From the NCBI GenBank assembly GCA_000999715.1, contig LCGL01000001.1, forward strand, positions 195,139-259,138: a stretch of DNA of 64,000 nucleotides, read 5' to 3'. This DNA is from Candidatus Falkowbacteria bacterium GW2011_GWF2_43_32. Its GTDB lineage: Bacteria > Patescibacteriota > Patescibacteriia > Patescibacteriales > UBA12465. Within the stretch, counting starts at the first letter, position 1. Each line of letters opens with the position of its first letter. Positions 9,601-18,315 of this stretch are shown here, in pieces. The position numbers were made by a program, and so were the translations under genes. The notes beneath the pieces are model-generated. The model saw nothing but the letters and a program-made list of their open reading frames with translations. It ran no database searches and had not been told where the DNA came from.

Positions 9601-11731
9601 CCTTGACCAAATTGGTTCCCCAAGTCGGCTTAACGCGCATCAACTCCGTACAGCCCTCGTCTTGAGCGCGACAAGTTCCCAAATTCTTGTTCAAATATAA
9701 ACTGGAAAGACCGTTCCAGGCAATCGTTCCGTCTACGGCATAATCACCGGACAAAGAATATTGCCGACAACCGGAAGTTTCCGGATTGCAAGTTCCATAG
9801 TCCAAAGTATTTTCCAAATAAGCGACGGTTTGACCAGAAACGGCATTGGTGAAAGCTTGGCAAGTATTATAAATCGGCTCGCAGGAATCCGCTTCAAAGC
9901 TCCAAACTCTTTTCTCTTGATTGCAATAACCGTAGACTTCGCAATCGCCGTTGTCCTTTTCTTTGATACAACTCTGCTCGTCGGCGCAATATTCTTCGGC
10001 GCGGAGAATATTCACTTCGCTGGAAATGCCGCCACTGCCGTCGGCCAGCGGAGTAATCGAAGGGGCACCGATAATCTGTGCGCCGACACCTTCCTTGGCG
10101 CAATAATTTAACGGCGCTTTCAATACCCAATTAGGATCAATCAATCCCTGACACCAAGCCTGATCGCGTGTATCAAATTCCGAACTGAATTGTGCATAAC
10201 CGTCCCCGGGATCGAAACAAGAAACTAAATCGTTCAAAGTCGCTTTGACGCTTTTGTTCGCCAAACTGGAAACGGCTTTCTCCCAGCCGACCGGCAAAAT
10301 GCGATACTTGCGTAAAATGGCAATATTGCGTTCGGTATAGCTGTTATTGTAGCTGTCACCCTTACTGTCAAGCGTAAATTGCCAATCGCCGTGCAAATAA
10401 CCGTTCTCCAAGGCTTCGGCCACGGTTTGCTTTTCGGAAATTCCTTGCATGAATTTGCTGTCAATCACGCAATCCGTCGGACCGGGATTATCCTTATTTA
10501 TACAGCTGGATAATTTTACCAAAATATCATAATTAGCCTGCGTATCAAACTTCGGTTGAATCAATTGACGGGTGATTTCTTTGACATTACCAACGCTATA
10601 TTGGGGAGAGCCTTCTTCGTCCCCGACCAAACCGGCGGTCACGGAGCCGGCGGTTTTGGTTTTCTTGCCCAATTCCTGCATCAAGCGATTGAATCCGGCA
10701 ATGCTCAATTGATTCAAAAATACATTGGCGGAGTCTACCAAAATATCGCCGGTCAAACGACCGAAATTTGCTTCTTGAATGGCCTGAGCTTGATCCAATT
10801 GTCTTTCCGCCTGACCGGGAATGCCGACTATACTGCCGGCGGCATCGGTTACATCCGCCCAACCTTTGTTGACGGTGAATTTCGTGTTGGCATTTTCCGT
10901 ATCAATAATCGCCTTACTGGATAAATCGGTACGGGCCAACAAATAAATGCCGAGATCGTTGGACACCGGATTGAAAATATTGGAAAAATCGTCAAGATAA
11001 TCTTTATTTTGCAAATCGGTGATTTTTTTATTGATATCCGTCTGCCAAGTCTTAACCATTTCCGAAGCGGTACAGTTAGGCGCCGGCGCGCGCGTCTGTT
11101 CTATCAAACCTAAACTGATTTTCAGTTTCGCCTCCAAGGACGAAGGACTGCAAACGTTAAAAGAAGGAGAGGCTTGCATATCCGATTGTATGCCACCGAC
11201 TTTACCTGAAGCACAGGCCGTATTTTGCTTATCGCAATTATCAAAACATCCCTGAAGCCTTATTAAGTCGCCGCTAATGGTCTCCTTACAGTTTTCCTGA
11301 CATTTCTTCAACTCATCTCCGCACTCCATCCCGGCGGTATTCAAATTATTGACAAAGCTTTCCACAAAGGTTCCGGCCGCTTCATCGCCGATTTGCGACA
11401 TATAGTCGCCGAAGTCCTGCGTGATATACAAAGGTTTTTGTCCACTGCCGGAAGCGGCGATATAATTGGCGGCATCGTAAGCGATTTTGTTGAGCGCCGT
11501 ACTGAGGGTGCGCTGAAAAGCGATGGAACCAGCTTTTTGCAAAGATCTGGCCACTATTCTTAAAAAAGTATTTTCAATATTAGCAATCGCCTGATTAAGA
11601 TCGAGCTGAGCTTGCGCCGGTTTGAGCGGCATAACCATCGTCGTCAACAACAAAAAACCCGCTAAAAAAATACCGGTTTTTCCAAGCAGATTGAAATTTT
11701 TTTTCTTTTTTGACACCAAAGAAAAATTCAT
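3695..11731 (-). CDS. Giant secreted or cell-surface Cys-rich protein (2678 aa) with three CBM4_9-like beta-sandwich modules and a PKD-like C-terminal domain
   Basis: A single uninterrupted ORF. The N-terminal signal/anchor is GIFLAGFLLLTTMVMPLKPAQAQ. I count about 94 Cys by hand. At least nine copies of C-x5-G-C-x-[EQR]-[FYLWM] occur, e.g. VCKAEAAGCNEF, TCRASENGCREY, LCEPAAAGCSEY. Three modules start like NLVKDADFANEE / SYDFENGLGSW / HFDFETNDGS and end like FYIKNLKFEV / FYLDNLILSE / VYFDDINIEP. They map to about nt 9115-9620, 7650-8130 and 5545-5940. The C-terminal IVIDWGDNSG...HAFYHYY...YIIKIKIVDNW (about 3698-3970) is PKD-like. Confidence 0.9.
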   Translation of the reverse strand: MNFSLVSKKKKNFNLLGKTGIFLAGFLLLTTMVMPLKPAQAQLDLNQAIANIENTFLRIVARSLQKAGSIAFQRTLSTALNKIAYDAANYIAASGSGQKPLYITQDFGDYMSQIGDEAAGTFVESFVNNLNTAGMECGDELKKCQENCKETISGDLIRLQGCFDNCDKQNTACASGKVGGIQSDMQASPSFNVCSPSSLEAKLKISLGLIEQTRAPAPNCTASEMVKTWQTDINKKITDLQNKDYLDDFSNIFNPVSNDLGIYLLARTDLSSKAIIDTENANTKFTVNKGWADVTDAAGSIVGIPGQAERQLDQAQAIQEANFGRLTGDILVDSANVFLNQLSIAGFNRLMQELGKKTKTAGSVTAGLVGDEEGSPQYSVGNVKEITRQLIQPKFDTQANYDILVKLSSCINKDNPGPTDCVIDSKFMQGISEKQTVAEALENGYLHGDWQFTLDSKGDSYNNSYTERNIAILRKYRILPVGWEKAVSSLANKSVKATLNDLVSCFDPGDGYAQFSSEFDTRDQAWCQGLIDPNWVLKAPLNYCAKEGVGAQIIGAPSITPLADGSGGISSEVNILRAEEYCADEQSCIKEKDNGDCEVYGYCNQEKRVWSFEADSCEPIYNTCQAFTNAVSGQTVAYLENTLDYGTCNPETSGCRQYSLSGDYAVDGTIAWNGLSSLYLNKNLGTCRAQDEGCTELMRVKPTWGTNLVKDADFANEEINDASSGGLLHDWYVSGSAVPTLTVVDAAKSPGGLSGKAMKVVSQAKSGRSSTANIVSNAAHSLLPDNFQTIFGQAYTVSVDVYLANADIVRLFAGPEGDGFIAPTTVKNSWQHLTITRPSDLAYSEPNFTISGAGSGQVVFYIKNLKFEVGGWDTDYNSYGYYSNDAPAQVYEKLLPAYLEEICYVNATGASKDYRLKNDAPAVCDDYARRCNKDEVGCELFSSVNDIFSVPAKALDSDYCRGECLNYDVYVTKESYFNSPRVENLIPETATVCKAEAAGCNEFTNLDALTQGGEQKEYYTSLKQCIKPSVTACASFYSWEGRGDGYQLKAYSLKKTAAGLPAVTADDSSLCNATIYNLPVNHPDFNPDCREFYNVSGAIAYHLLSRVITCSEDCHPYRLSEKNIDSSLNTSRKCAMAGRNDRYWDAATGDCYVCLNGGVWDNVNKACTYLAIPGEGQTCRASENGCREYNGNNGSNVRLIASYDFENGLGSWHSNCVGGVALSTIANSKDGHSLQYTDISSCGVDPGGNLVKTPLIKQILANEKVVAQIKVSGLVREKAAYSLKFLARAANQTSVQIYFLNPATDAVASFTATPLVLKAGNEWNVYQVNLAALDHAVGENEILAVSGSDEFYLDNLILSEITDRYYLLEESSQVPDTCYYDIFDDYQGSEYNLGCSQYTDRGGLKHNLRKFTQLCSDSAVGCEQMIETKNYTSPDEAYWLNGVAVESCDTDDQNCVAVAADSAVYAVYDPSRQCHAADLGCSRLGEGQVSSQITAWSDVFKRNNPNQYEQILCGPEDVGCEEWRDARGDSSYFKNPGFDACLYRTSRDPNISGKAWYKVPVKRCDSNGDGTINGAESGTAICAGNTDCGDKACVIDNNDYPCSVSYFKTIGWGGSGNQIPTPDQAVGLCEPAAAGCSEYIDPVSQFSVNSVANPSYQLTNEVAEGWGNTSGNSWNKTSLNETQQVIALKQNKLYSLSVSSNTDSAISGMVELDFSKTVRPLLADNTLGTATLNLEISDGLGQPIIFNSLNNSLARLSGGKTGITITVKELIIDYQHQESVNKTDCNGTVKLDNGCVLFNERVINGAAGLADLSTGWDAYATADGASPEVCDSTVAGSCTANQLIKVRPDRVCASWLDCVTYGLDAAGQKVCYALGECDRLDDKNECQHFVDPSETALTHQFDVNTDKNSAGYALLDRYYLGNMKEVGLDTEAHFDFETNDGSAPNGLFVLEPVEAPTDYPAHGRGYLGVPAKTQVTVGSSLLVEEGSYYYLNYLLNTKGTVLSATVTIQDADSEAVIAEFIDSARNGWERKVHRLNTGAHRNIKIVLSSDTTVYFDDINIEPVLQIANTGNEAFDYVAKDCRLYPNSTSLTCTSFNNNVVEDGLYGYCLQYDPLNPKVCAMWYPVDKLGFTGRSSQTLGYNGKFPLYYCTEADGDFQLVKKVQATAVKKWLDNEKDDCTGNACWDLKNRVGASFGCDHSDSDSDDYERYVYLKDALVEDYCVDTSSYKLISSREVSSNNKVRYVLYCVPKGDSSTRIAGPTILANQSNMIDMGDIADSSACVDEIEFLAYAWVPYSGSLVVTNLADDPPDDTVNNINESTNYDPPIAVFKTGMNHEGALKFFDTDDEDKQFKIQCNRFTQLVDSAGNNKAWVERVGPSSSLDNTPQFFLSYYGNILKYGRNREDVPFGAAILPSDTQLVGHAAINLRSQYSEANDILAGRPYGCSYGEAGCVNIGQCSGNLNVFCIYDPNTTQTVYEVNDKSCGDYGVCQRLWTTPLQTDIAHSKADNEKVLRNIFYKQYSHYSYLSSSGYQSASASASDLSFTWVGGSDSDAYPSLCSPTDSRVNPNSFCSVLPQIANVKMNGLPLSNGSATVKSSGVYVLSFNTTVDKEQQPLDHIVIDWGDNSGLQSVTGEDHRPDIATPHAFYHYYIKRDAPYIIKIKIVDNWDRWRCYLDDCP

Positions 11732-11746
11732 TTATTTATGTTGCTG

Positions 11747-12373
11747 CTAATCTTGTTCCTGGCTCGCTAAAATATTCCGATAACTGTCCAATAGATCTTC
11801 ATCACTGATATTTTCCAAATCTTCCGCCCGGGCACCGTTGGCAATCAAAAGTTGGCGGAGAGTATCGGCATCAATCTGCGCGCCTAAAGATTCCAATAAA
11901 ATATCGGACTCCGTATCCGCCGCGGCGGAATTTTCCGATAAGATAATTCCGGACTGAACGACGGCGGTATTGTCGGGCAGAGCAATTTCCAAGGGCGTAT
12001 CGCAATTTTGGCCAATCGGACAATTGGGATTGGTCTCTTCATCCAATTCCTCCCGATCGGACGGACCGTCACTGTCCGTATCTTCCAAATACGGCGAGGT
12101 TTTGTAAATATAAATTTCGTCGTAATCCGATAAACCGTCGCCGTCCGTATCGCGATTGCTTAAAACCACCAGAGAATCGGATAAAGTCGCCACCGCTTGT
12201 CCGGTAGCGGCGTCAAAAGGACGACGAACCTGAGAACGAATTTGCCAAGCGCCGAGAAACAAAATTAAAACCGCCAAAACGGTCAAAATTCCAACCAAAG
12301 CTTTTGACCTTGGCGTCGAATTCGGCGGAGTTAAATTATCATTATTCAACTGTGAAAAATTTTTTTCCGGCAT
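11747..12373 (-). CDS. Membrane-anchored protein with bacterial thrombospondin type-3-like Ca-binding repeats
   Basis: 208 aa. One TM helix (ALVGILTVLAVLILFLGAW) is followed by DTDGDGLSDYDE and DTDSDGPSDREE, both D-x-D-x-D-G-x-x-D-x-x-E motifs. The stop is 15 nt before the giant gene start. Confidence 0.75.
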   Translation of the reverse strand: MPEKNFSQLNNDNLTPPNSTPRSKALVGILTVLAVLILFLGAWQIRSQVRRPFDAATGQAVATLSDSLVVLSNRDTDGDGLSDYDEIYIYKTSPYLEDTDSDGPSDREELDEETNPNCPIGQNCDTPLEIALPDNTAVVQSGIILSENSAAADTESDILLESLGAQIDADTLRQLLIANGARAEDLENISDEDLLDSYRNILASQEQD

Positions 12374-12412
12374 AATGTCAAAACAAAACGAACCAGCGTT
12401 TTAGTAATTTTA

Positions 12413-13288
12413 TTATACCATAAACGTTCGCAAAGCCGCAAATAATTTTCGCCAATCTTCCACCGATAAAGCTTCCGCGCGGATTCCGACGGGAAAACCT
12501 TGTTTGACAAGCAAAGCGGCCATCGTTTCCGACTTGATTCTCAGTCCCGCGGCCAGATTATTTTTCAACATTTTGCGCTTGGAACTGAAGCCGAATTTTA
12601 TCATTTGAAAAAATTTTTTATTTTCCGCCGACTCGCCGGCGTACAACACGGAGGCGTCTTTAGCGGCGGTCCGGTCATGAACATCCAATCTGATAATCGC
12701 ACTGTCCACTTCCGGTTCCGGCCAAAAATTTCCGGCTTTGACTTCCCGAATGATTTTCGGAACGGCGTAATATTGGATGGAAACCGCCAAAATACTCATC
12801 TCCGGCGGAGCGGCGCAAATTCGTTCGGCCACTTCTTTCTGCAACATCAGCACCAGAGAAACCGGCCGACGATCGACGCTCAAAAACTGACGCAAAAAAA
12901 TTGAAGTGATGTTATAAGGCAAATTGGCGACAATTTTATATTTTTCCGCGGCCGCCAAATGCGCGGCTAAATTGAATTTTAAAATATCTTCATTAACCAC
13001 CGTCACGTTATCGAGGTCGGCGGCATCTATGCCGGTTTGCAAATAGGCGGCCAGCTTATCATCCAATTCCACGGCGATAACCCGTCGAACTTTTTTAGCC
13101 AACTTGGCGGTCAAAAATCCCAGTCCCGGCCCGATTTCCAAGACCGTATCGGTCGGCTGTAAATCGGCGGCGGCGATTATGCCATCGTAAATCTTGTCGT
13201 TGATTAAAAAATTCTGACCCTTGGAGCGGGCCGGTTTGATTTCCAACAGACGGCAAATTTCGTGAGTTTTGGCGGCAAGATCGGACAT
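12413..13288 (-). CDS. rsmA: 16S rRNA (adenine1518/1519-N6)-dimethyltransferase
   Basis: 291 aa. Contains KGQNFLINDKI and the SAM-binding VLEIGPGLGFLT motif, plus NLPYNITS. Confidence 0.9.
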   Translation of the reverse strand: MSDLAAKTHEICRLLEIKPARSKGQNFLINDKIYDGIIAAADLQPTDTVLEIGPGLGFLTAKLAKKVRRVIAVELDDKLAAYLQTGIDAADLDNVTVVNEDILKFNLAAHLAAAEKYKIVANLPYNITSIFLRQFLSVDRRPVSLVLMLQKEVAERICAAPPEMSILAVSIQYYAVPKIIREVKAGNFWPEPEVDSAIIRLDVHDRTAAKDASVLYAGESAENKKFFQMIKFGFSSKRKMLKNNLAAGLRIKSETMAALLVKQGFPVGIRAEALSVEDWRKLFAALRTFMV

Positions 13289-13335
13289 AATTTATCGGTA
13301 TTTATCGTTTTTATTATTTAGCTTTTGTTTAACGA

Positions 13336-15756
13336 CTATTTGACGACGATATTCAACAATTTGCCCGGCACAAAAATATTTTTAACAATTTCTTTTCCTG
13401 CCAACCATTTGCGGATGTTTTCATTTTCCTGTGCCATTCGCCAAGCCTCTTTTTCGGAAATATCGGCCGCGACTTCCCAAGTCGCCCGTAATTTACCGTT
13501 AACTTGAACAATCAAATTGATTGTTTCATCCTTAATCATTTCCCGATCATATTTCGGCCAAGTTGATCGGAAAATACTGGCCGAACCGCCGCTCTTCTCC
13601 CATAATTCTTCCGCCAAATGCGGCGCGAAGGGTGCCAAAATCTTTAACACCTGTCGGAATTCCTCGACACCGAACGGCAAACTCCGGTTTTTATTTTTAT
13701 AATCCGTCAATTCGTTAATTAAAATCATCAAGGCCGAAACCGCGGTGTTAAAATTAAAATTTTCAATATCTTCCCCGACCTTCTTGATGGTTTTGTGCAA
13801 TAAAGACAATAATTTTTTATTGTCACTCGCAATAATATTTTTCGCCGCCGGCATCGTTTCCGGATCCTCCGCCAAATTCAAAACTTTTTCCAAAAATTTC
13901 CGCGTACCGACCAGGCCGGCGGTATTCCAAACGACCGCTTGCTCAAACGGTCCCATGAACATTTCATAAACGCGCAAAGCGTCCGCGCCGAATTTTTCCG
14001 CCATGTCATCGGGATTGATAACGTTCCCCCAACGCTTAGACATCTTGCGGCCGTCCGCACCGATAATCAAGCCGACTTGTTTGAATTTAATAAACGGCTC
14101 TTCATAATTTATCACACCGAGATCATAAAGCACCTTATGCCAAAAACGGGCATAAATAAGATGACGAGTGGCGTGTTCCGCCCCGCCGACATAAAAATCC
14201 ACCGGCGACCAATATTTTTCTTTGGCTTTATCCGTTAACTCCCGATCGTTATTCGGATCAATGTAGCGCAGATAATACCAGCAAGACCCGGCCCATTGCG
14301 GCATCGTATTGGTTTCGCGTCGCGCCGGCCCGCCGCATTTCGGACATTTAACATTAACCCAATCGTCAATAAGAGCCAAGGGCGACTCGCCCGTACCGGT
14401 CGGCTCGTAACTGTCCACTTCCGGCAAGCGCACCGGCAAATCTTTTTCCGGTACCGGCACGACCCCGCACTCGGAACAATGAATCAACGGAATCGGCTCG
14501 CCCCAATAACGCTGGCGCGAAAAAACCCAATCTTTAATTTTATAATTTGTTTTTCTCGCTCCCAATTTTTTCTTTTCCAACCAAGCGATCATTTTTTTAA
14601 CGGCGACAGCGGAAGACAGCCCGGAAAATTCGCCGGAATCTTGCAACAAACCGTTGATGACCACCGTTCGAAATTCCAAACCGTATTTTTCCGCAAATTT
14701 ATAATCCCGTTCATCATGCGCCGGCACGGCCATAATCGCGCCCGTGCCGTAGGAATTCAAAACATAATCGGCGACAAAAATCGCCACCGGCTCGTTATTG
14801 AACGGATTAATCGCCTTCACTCCCTCCAAAATCACGCCGGTTTTTTCCTTGTTCAAATCCGTCCGTTGCAAATCGGTTTTATTTTTTGCGGCGGCAATGT
14901 ATTCTTCCACCGCCGGCCAATTGCTTATCCGTTTTTTCAATTCATTGATCAGTTTGTGCTCCGGCGCCAAGACCACATAAGTACAACCGAAAATCGTATC
15001 CAAACGCGTCGTGAAAACTTTGACGACCGATTCGTCGGCGACGGCTTCGGCCTCAACCCGAAAAATAATTTCCGCCCCCTCGCTCCGTCCGATCCAATTT
15101 CTTTGCATTTCTTTGATGGACTCTTCCCAACCGCCAAGTTTTTCCAAATCATTCAACAAACGTTCGGCATATTCGGTGATTCGCAAAACCCATTGACGCA
15201 AAGGCCTCTGTTCCACTTCACTGCCGCAACGTTCGCACTTGCCCTCTTCCAAATCTTCATTGGCCAAACCGGTTTGGCAAGAGGGGCACCAATTGATCGG
15301 CTCATGCGATTCAAAGGCCAGGCCCTTTTTCCACATCTGCAAAAAAATCCATTGCGTCCAACGATAATATTGCGGGTCGGTCGTGATCACTTCCCTGGCC
15401 CAGTCATAAGAAAAACCCAAAACCGCCAATTGTTTTTTAAACGCCGCGATATTGGTCTCGGTCGCTTTTTGCGGATGCAATTTATTCTTGAGCGCATAAT
15501 TTTCCGCCGGCAAACCGAAGGCGTCAAAACCCATCGGATGCAAAACGTTATAACCTTGCATCATTCTCAGGCGCGCCAAAATATCGGTGGCAATATAGCC
15601 TTTCGGGTGACCGACATGCAAACCGACACCGGAGGGATACGGAAACATGTCCAAAACATAATATTTCGGCTTGCTAAAATCCTCACCGGTTTTATATAAA
15701 CCGGAGTCTGCCCAAATCTCCCGCCATTTTTTTTCTATTTTTTGATGGTTATACAT
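13336..15756 (-). CDS. leuS: Leucine--tRNA ligase
   Basis: 806 aa. Contains the class I HIGH-like motif PSGVGLHVGHPKGY and the KMSKS motif (RKMSKRWGNV). The N-terminus KIEKKWREIW is typical of LeuS. Confidence 0.97.
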   Translation of the reverse strand: MYNHQKIEKKWREIWADSGLYKTGEDFSKPKYYVLDMFPYPSGVGLHVGHPKGYIATDILARLRMMQGYNVLHPMGFDAFGLPAENYALKNKLHPQKATETNIAAFKKQLAVLGFSYDWAREVITTDPQYYRWTQWIFLQMWKKGLAFESHEPINWCPSCQTGLANEDLEEGKCERCGSEVEQRPLRQWVLRITEYAERLLNDLEKLGGWEESIKEMQRNWIGRSEGAEIIFRVEAEAVADESVVKVFTTRLDTIFGCTYVVLAPEHKLINELKKRISNWPAVEEYIAAAKNKTDLQRTDLNKEKTGVILEGVKAINPFNNEPVAIFVADYVLNSYGTGAIMAVPAHDERDYKFAEKYGLEFRTVVINGLLQDSGEFSGLSSAVAVKKMIAWLEKKKLGARKTNYKIKDWVFSRQRYWGEPIPLIHCSECGVVPVPEKDLPVRLPEVDSYEPTGTGESPLALIDDWVNVKCPKCGGPARRETNTMPQWAGSCWYYLRYIDPNNDRELTDKAKEKYWSPVDFYVGGAEHATRHLIYARFWHKVLYDLGVINYEEPFIKFKQVGLIIGADGRKMSKRWGNVINPDDMAEKFGADALRVYEMFMGPFEQAVVWNTAGLVGTRKFLEKVLNLAEDPETMPAAKNIIASDNKKLLSLLHKTIKKVGEDIENFNFNTAVSALMILINELTDYKNKNRSLPFGVEEFRQVLKILAPFAPHLAEELWEKSGGSASIFRSTWPKYDREMIKDETINLIVQVNGKLRATWEVAADISEKEAWRMAQENENIRKWLAGKEIVKNIFVPGKLLNIVVK

Positions 15757-15775
15757 ATAAAATAGTTTGCAATCT

Positions 15776-16546
15776 TTAATCTTTCAATTCTATTCCAATC
15801 GGAGCATGGTCCGAACCGGTTATTTTATCTAAAATATAAGCTTTTTTAACGATTCTCTTAAGTTTAGCGGAGACGCAGAAATAGTCAATCCGCCAGCCGA
15901 TATTCCGGGCCCGGGCGGCGGAACGAAAGCTCCACCAAGAATATTGGATTTTCGAGCCGTTCAAGTCACGAAAGGTATCTATAAAACCGGCGGCAAGAAA
16001 TTTAGTCATCCAAGTGCGTTCGGCCAGGGTAAAACCGGCGCTGCCTTCATTCTCCCGCGGACGCGCCAAATCAATTTCCTCGTGCGCGACATTAAAATCT
16101 CCGGTCACAATAACCGGTTTCTTTTTTTCCAATTTCTTGACATATTTTAACAGCGCTTCGTTAAATTCCAATTTATAATCCAAGCGCGACAATTCATTGT
16201 TGGAGTTGGGAAAATAGACATTGACCAAAAAGTATTCGGCCCCCTCCCAGGTCTGCACGCGACCTTCAATATCAAATTTTTTTATTCCCAGACCATTTTG
16301 TATTGCTAGCGCTTTTGGCGCCCCCTCTTTGACCAACATGGCCGTACCGCTATAACCCGGGCGAACGGCGGAATTCCAATACTCGGTATAACCGGCGAAA
16401 TCAAATTCCGTCTGTAAACGCGCCGCATCGGAAATTTTCACTTCTTGCACGCACAAAATATCCGGCCGTTCCCGCTTTAAAAATTCCGCCAAACCTTTTT
16501 TGGCCACGGCTCTGATTCCGTTGACATTCCAAGAGATTATTTTCAT
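15776..16546 (-). CDS. xth: Exodeoxyribonuclease III (AP endonuclease)
   Basis: 256 aa. Contains MKIISWNVNGIRA, LCVQEVK and the C-terminal SDHAPI. Confidence 0.92.
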   Translation of the reverse strand: MKIISWNVNGIRAVAKKGLAEFLKRERPDILCVQEVKISDAARLQTEFDFAGYTEYWNSAVRPGYSGTAMLVKEGAPKALAIQNGLGIKKFDIEGRVQTWEGAEYFLVNVYFPNSNNELSRLDYKLEFNEALLKYVKKLEKKKPVIVTGDFNVAHEEIDLARPRENEGSAGFTLAERTWMTKFLAAGFIDTFRDLNGSKIQYSWWSFRSAARARNIGWRIDYFCVSAKLKRIVKKAYILDKITGSDHAPIGIELKD

Positions 16547-16608
16547 AAATTATGTTATAATAAAATTATACTTGAAAAAAGCGGTTTTTTCAATTTTATC
16601 AAATTTAT

Positions 16609-17367
16609 ATGGCTTTAGAAGAACGACTAAAATTCGCGGAAATGAAGGCGCGCCATCAAGGAGCTCTGCGCCCCTGGTATAAAAAATGGTGGGGAGCGCT
16701 TATTTTGCTGATTTTGGGCTTATTATTGATATTTTTGGTAGTCGCCGGCTTATACCTCAATGATAAAATCAAACAAATTTTGGCGGAGCGAGAGCAAAAT
16801 TTTTCGCAACAACAACAGCAAGGCTATTTAAGCGCGGTCAACGGTAACGGCGACAACCATTATCTCGGTACCGCTAAACCGCAGGTCACGATAATCGAAT
16901 TCGGAGATTTTGCCTGCAGTGTTTGTCGCCAATCGTCGGCGGGCTTCCGAGCGATGGCGGAAAAATACGGCGATCAAGTGAAAATGGTGTGGCGCGATTA
17001 TCCGGTAGTCAGCCAACATTCCATCATCCTGGCCTTGGCCGCCCGTTGCGCCGGCGATCAGGATAAATTCTGGGAATTTCACGATCGACTGTTCGCCGAT
17101 CAAGCCGACTTTGCCGGAGCTCCGTCCGACGAGGCTTTCGGCGAATTATTGGACGCCCTGGCCGCGGAACTGAAAATGGATGTCATTAAATTTGACGATT
17201 GTCTGAATCAACAAACCTATATCAAACAAATCAACCGAGACTACACGGACGGAGGATTTTTGGAAATAATCGGTACGCCCACTTGGTTCGTCAATGATTA
17301 CTACAAAATTACCGGCGCTTTGAGCGAAGAAAAACTTGAAGAATTAATTACCGGACTGCTTAAATAA
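16609..17367 (+). CDS. Membrane-anchored DsbA-family thiol:disulfide oxidoreductase
   Basis: 252 aa. TM helix WWGALILLILGLLLIFLVVAGLYL is followed by a thioredoxin-fold region with the CxxC motif (FGDFACSVCRQS) and GTPTWFVN. The stop lies 1 nt before the porG ATG. Confidence 0.8.
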   Translation: MALEERLKFAEMKARHQGALRPWYKKWWGALILLILGLLLIFLVVAGLYLNDKIKQILAEREQNFSQQQQQGYLSAVNGNGDNHYLGTAKPQVTIIEFGDFACSVCRQSSAGFRAMAEKYGDQVKMVWRDYPVVSQHSIILALAARCAGDQDKFWEFHDRLFADQADFAGAPSDEAFGELLDALAAELKMDVIKFDDCLNQQTYIKQINRDYTDGGFLEIIGTPTWFVNDYYKITGALSEEKLEELITGLLK

Positions 17368-17368
17368 T

Positions 17369-17953
17369 ATGGAACAAATCCGCGTTCACGGCCGCGGCGG
17401 ACAAGGAGTGGTGACCGCCGCCGAATTAATCGCCATCGCCGCTTTTTTTGAAGGACGAGAGGCGCAAGCTTTTCCGAATTTCGGCGTGGAACGCACCGGC
17501 GCGCCAATCCAGGCTTTCGCCAGAATCAGCGATCAAGCGATTATCGTCCGCGAACAAATATATCGGCCGACCGTCTTGATAATTCAAGATTCCTCCTTAA
17601 TCAATACCGCGGATGTTTTTGCCGGCAGTGATAAAAACACTAAAATCATCATCAACGCGCCGGACAGTCATCGCCAAAAACTAAAAACTCCTTCACGACA
17701 TATTTATTTTTCTCCGGCCACGGCCATCGCGCTGAAAATATTCGGCAAAAATATCGTTAACACCGTTATTTTGGGCGCTTTTGCCCGCTACACCGGTTTA
17801 ATTTCTTTAGAATCTTTGGAGAAGGCCGTCCGAGTCAAATTCGCTTCCAAGGGGCCGGAAATAATCAAAAAAAATATAATCGCGATTGAACAAGCTTATC
17901 GCACCGACTTGTCGCCGGACATCATCAATCAATTAACGGCCGGCCGGGATTAA
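17369..17953 (+). CDS. porG: Pyruvate/2-oxoacid:ferredoxin oxidoreductase, gamma subunit
   Basis: 194 aa. Contains RVHGRGGQGVVTAAELIAIAA...FGVERTGAP, typical of POR gamma. Confidence 0.88.
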   Translation: MEQIRVHGRGGQGVVTAAELIAIAAFFEGREAQAFPNFGVERTGAPIQAFARISDQAIIVREQIYRPTVLIIQDSSLINTADVFAGSDKNTKIIINAPDSHRQKLKTPSRHIYFSPATAIALKIFGKNIVNTVILGAFARYTGLISLESLEKAVRVKFASKGPEIIKKNIIAIEQAYRTDLSPDIINQLTAGRD

Positions 17954-17997
17954 AAAAATATCGGAGACTAAAAAACACAAAAATTCCCCTGGTCAAT

Positions 17998-18315
17998 ATG
18001 AAAAAAACGAACATAAAAAATTCCCCTATAAAAACCCCGGCTAAAAAACTGGCCGTCGTCACCGCGCCGAATACCTCTTTGAAAAATAAGACCGGTTCTT
18101 GGCGCACTCATCGGCCGGTTTTCGATCATTCTCTTTGCATCGGTTGTTCCTTGTGCTCCAAAATCTGTCCCGAGGGCTGTATCGTCATGGCCAAACAAAA
18201 AAAATACGGTCAAAAAATAAAACCGGTCGTTGATTACGATTATTGCAAGGGTTGCGGTCTCTGCGCCAAAGAATGTCCGGTCAAAGCGATAAAAATGGAA
18301 AAAGATTATGAATAA
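17998..18315 (+). CDS. porD: Pyruvate:ferredoxin oxidoreductase, delta subunit (2x[4Fe-4S])
   Basis: 105 aa with two ferredoxin Cys clusters, CIGCSLCSKICP and CKGCGLCAKECP. Confidence 0.85.
   Translation: MKKTNIKNSPIKTPAKKLAVVTAPNTSLKNKTGSWRTHRPVFDHSLCIGCSLCSKICPEGCIVMAKQKKYGQKIKPVVDYDYCKGCGLCAKECPVKAIKMEKDYE

Noticed and set aside
14296-15699. Long plus-strand ORF (467 aa) opposite leuS, and similar long antisense ORFs at 4934..5593, 30194..31096, 32081..32773, 37842..38495, 44955..45551 and 39531..40037.
   Set aside because: All lie antisense to genes with unambiguous conserved motifs. Their translations are low-complexity R/F/I/Q/N-rich strings with no recognisable motifs. They are shadow ORFs.
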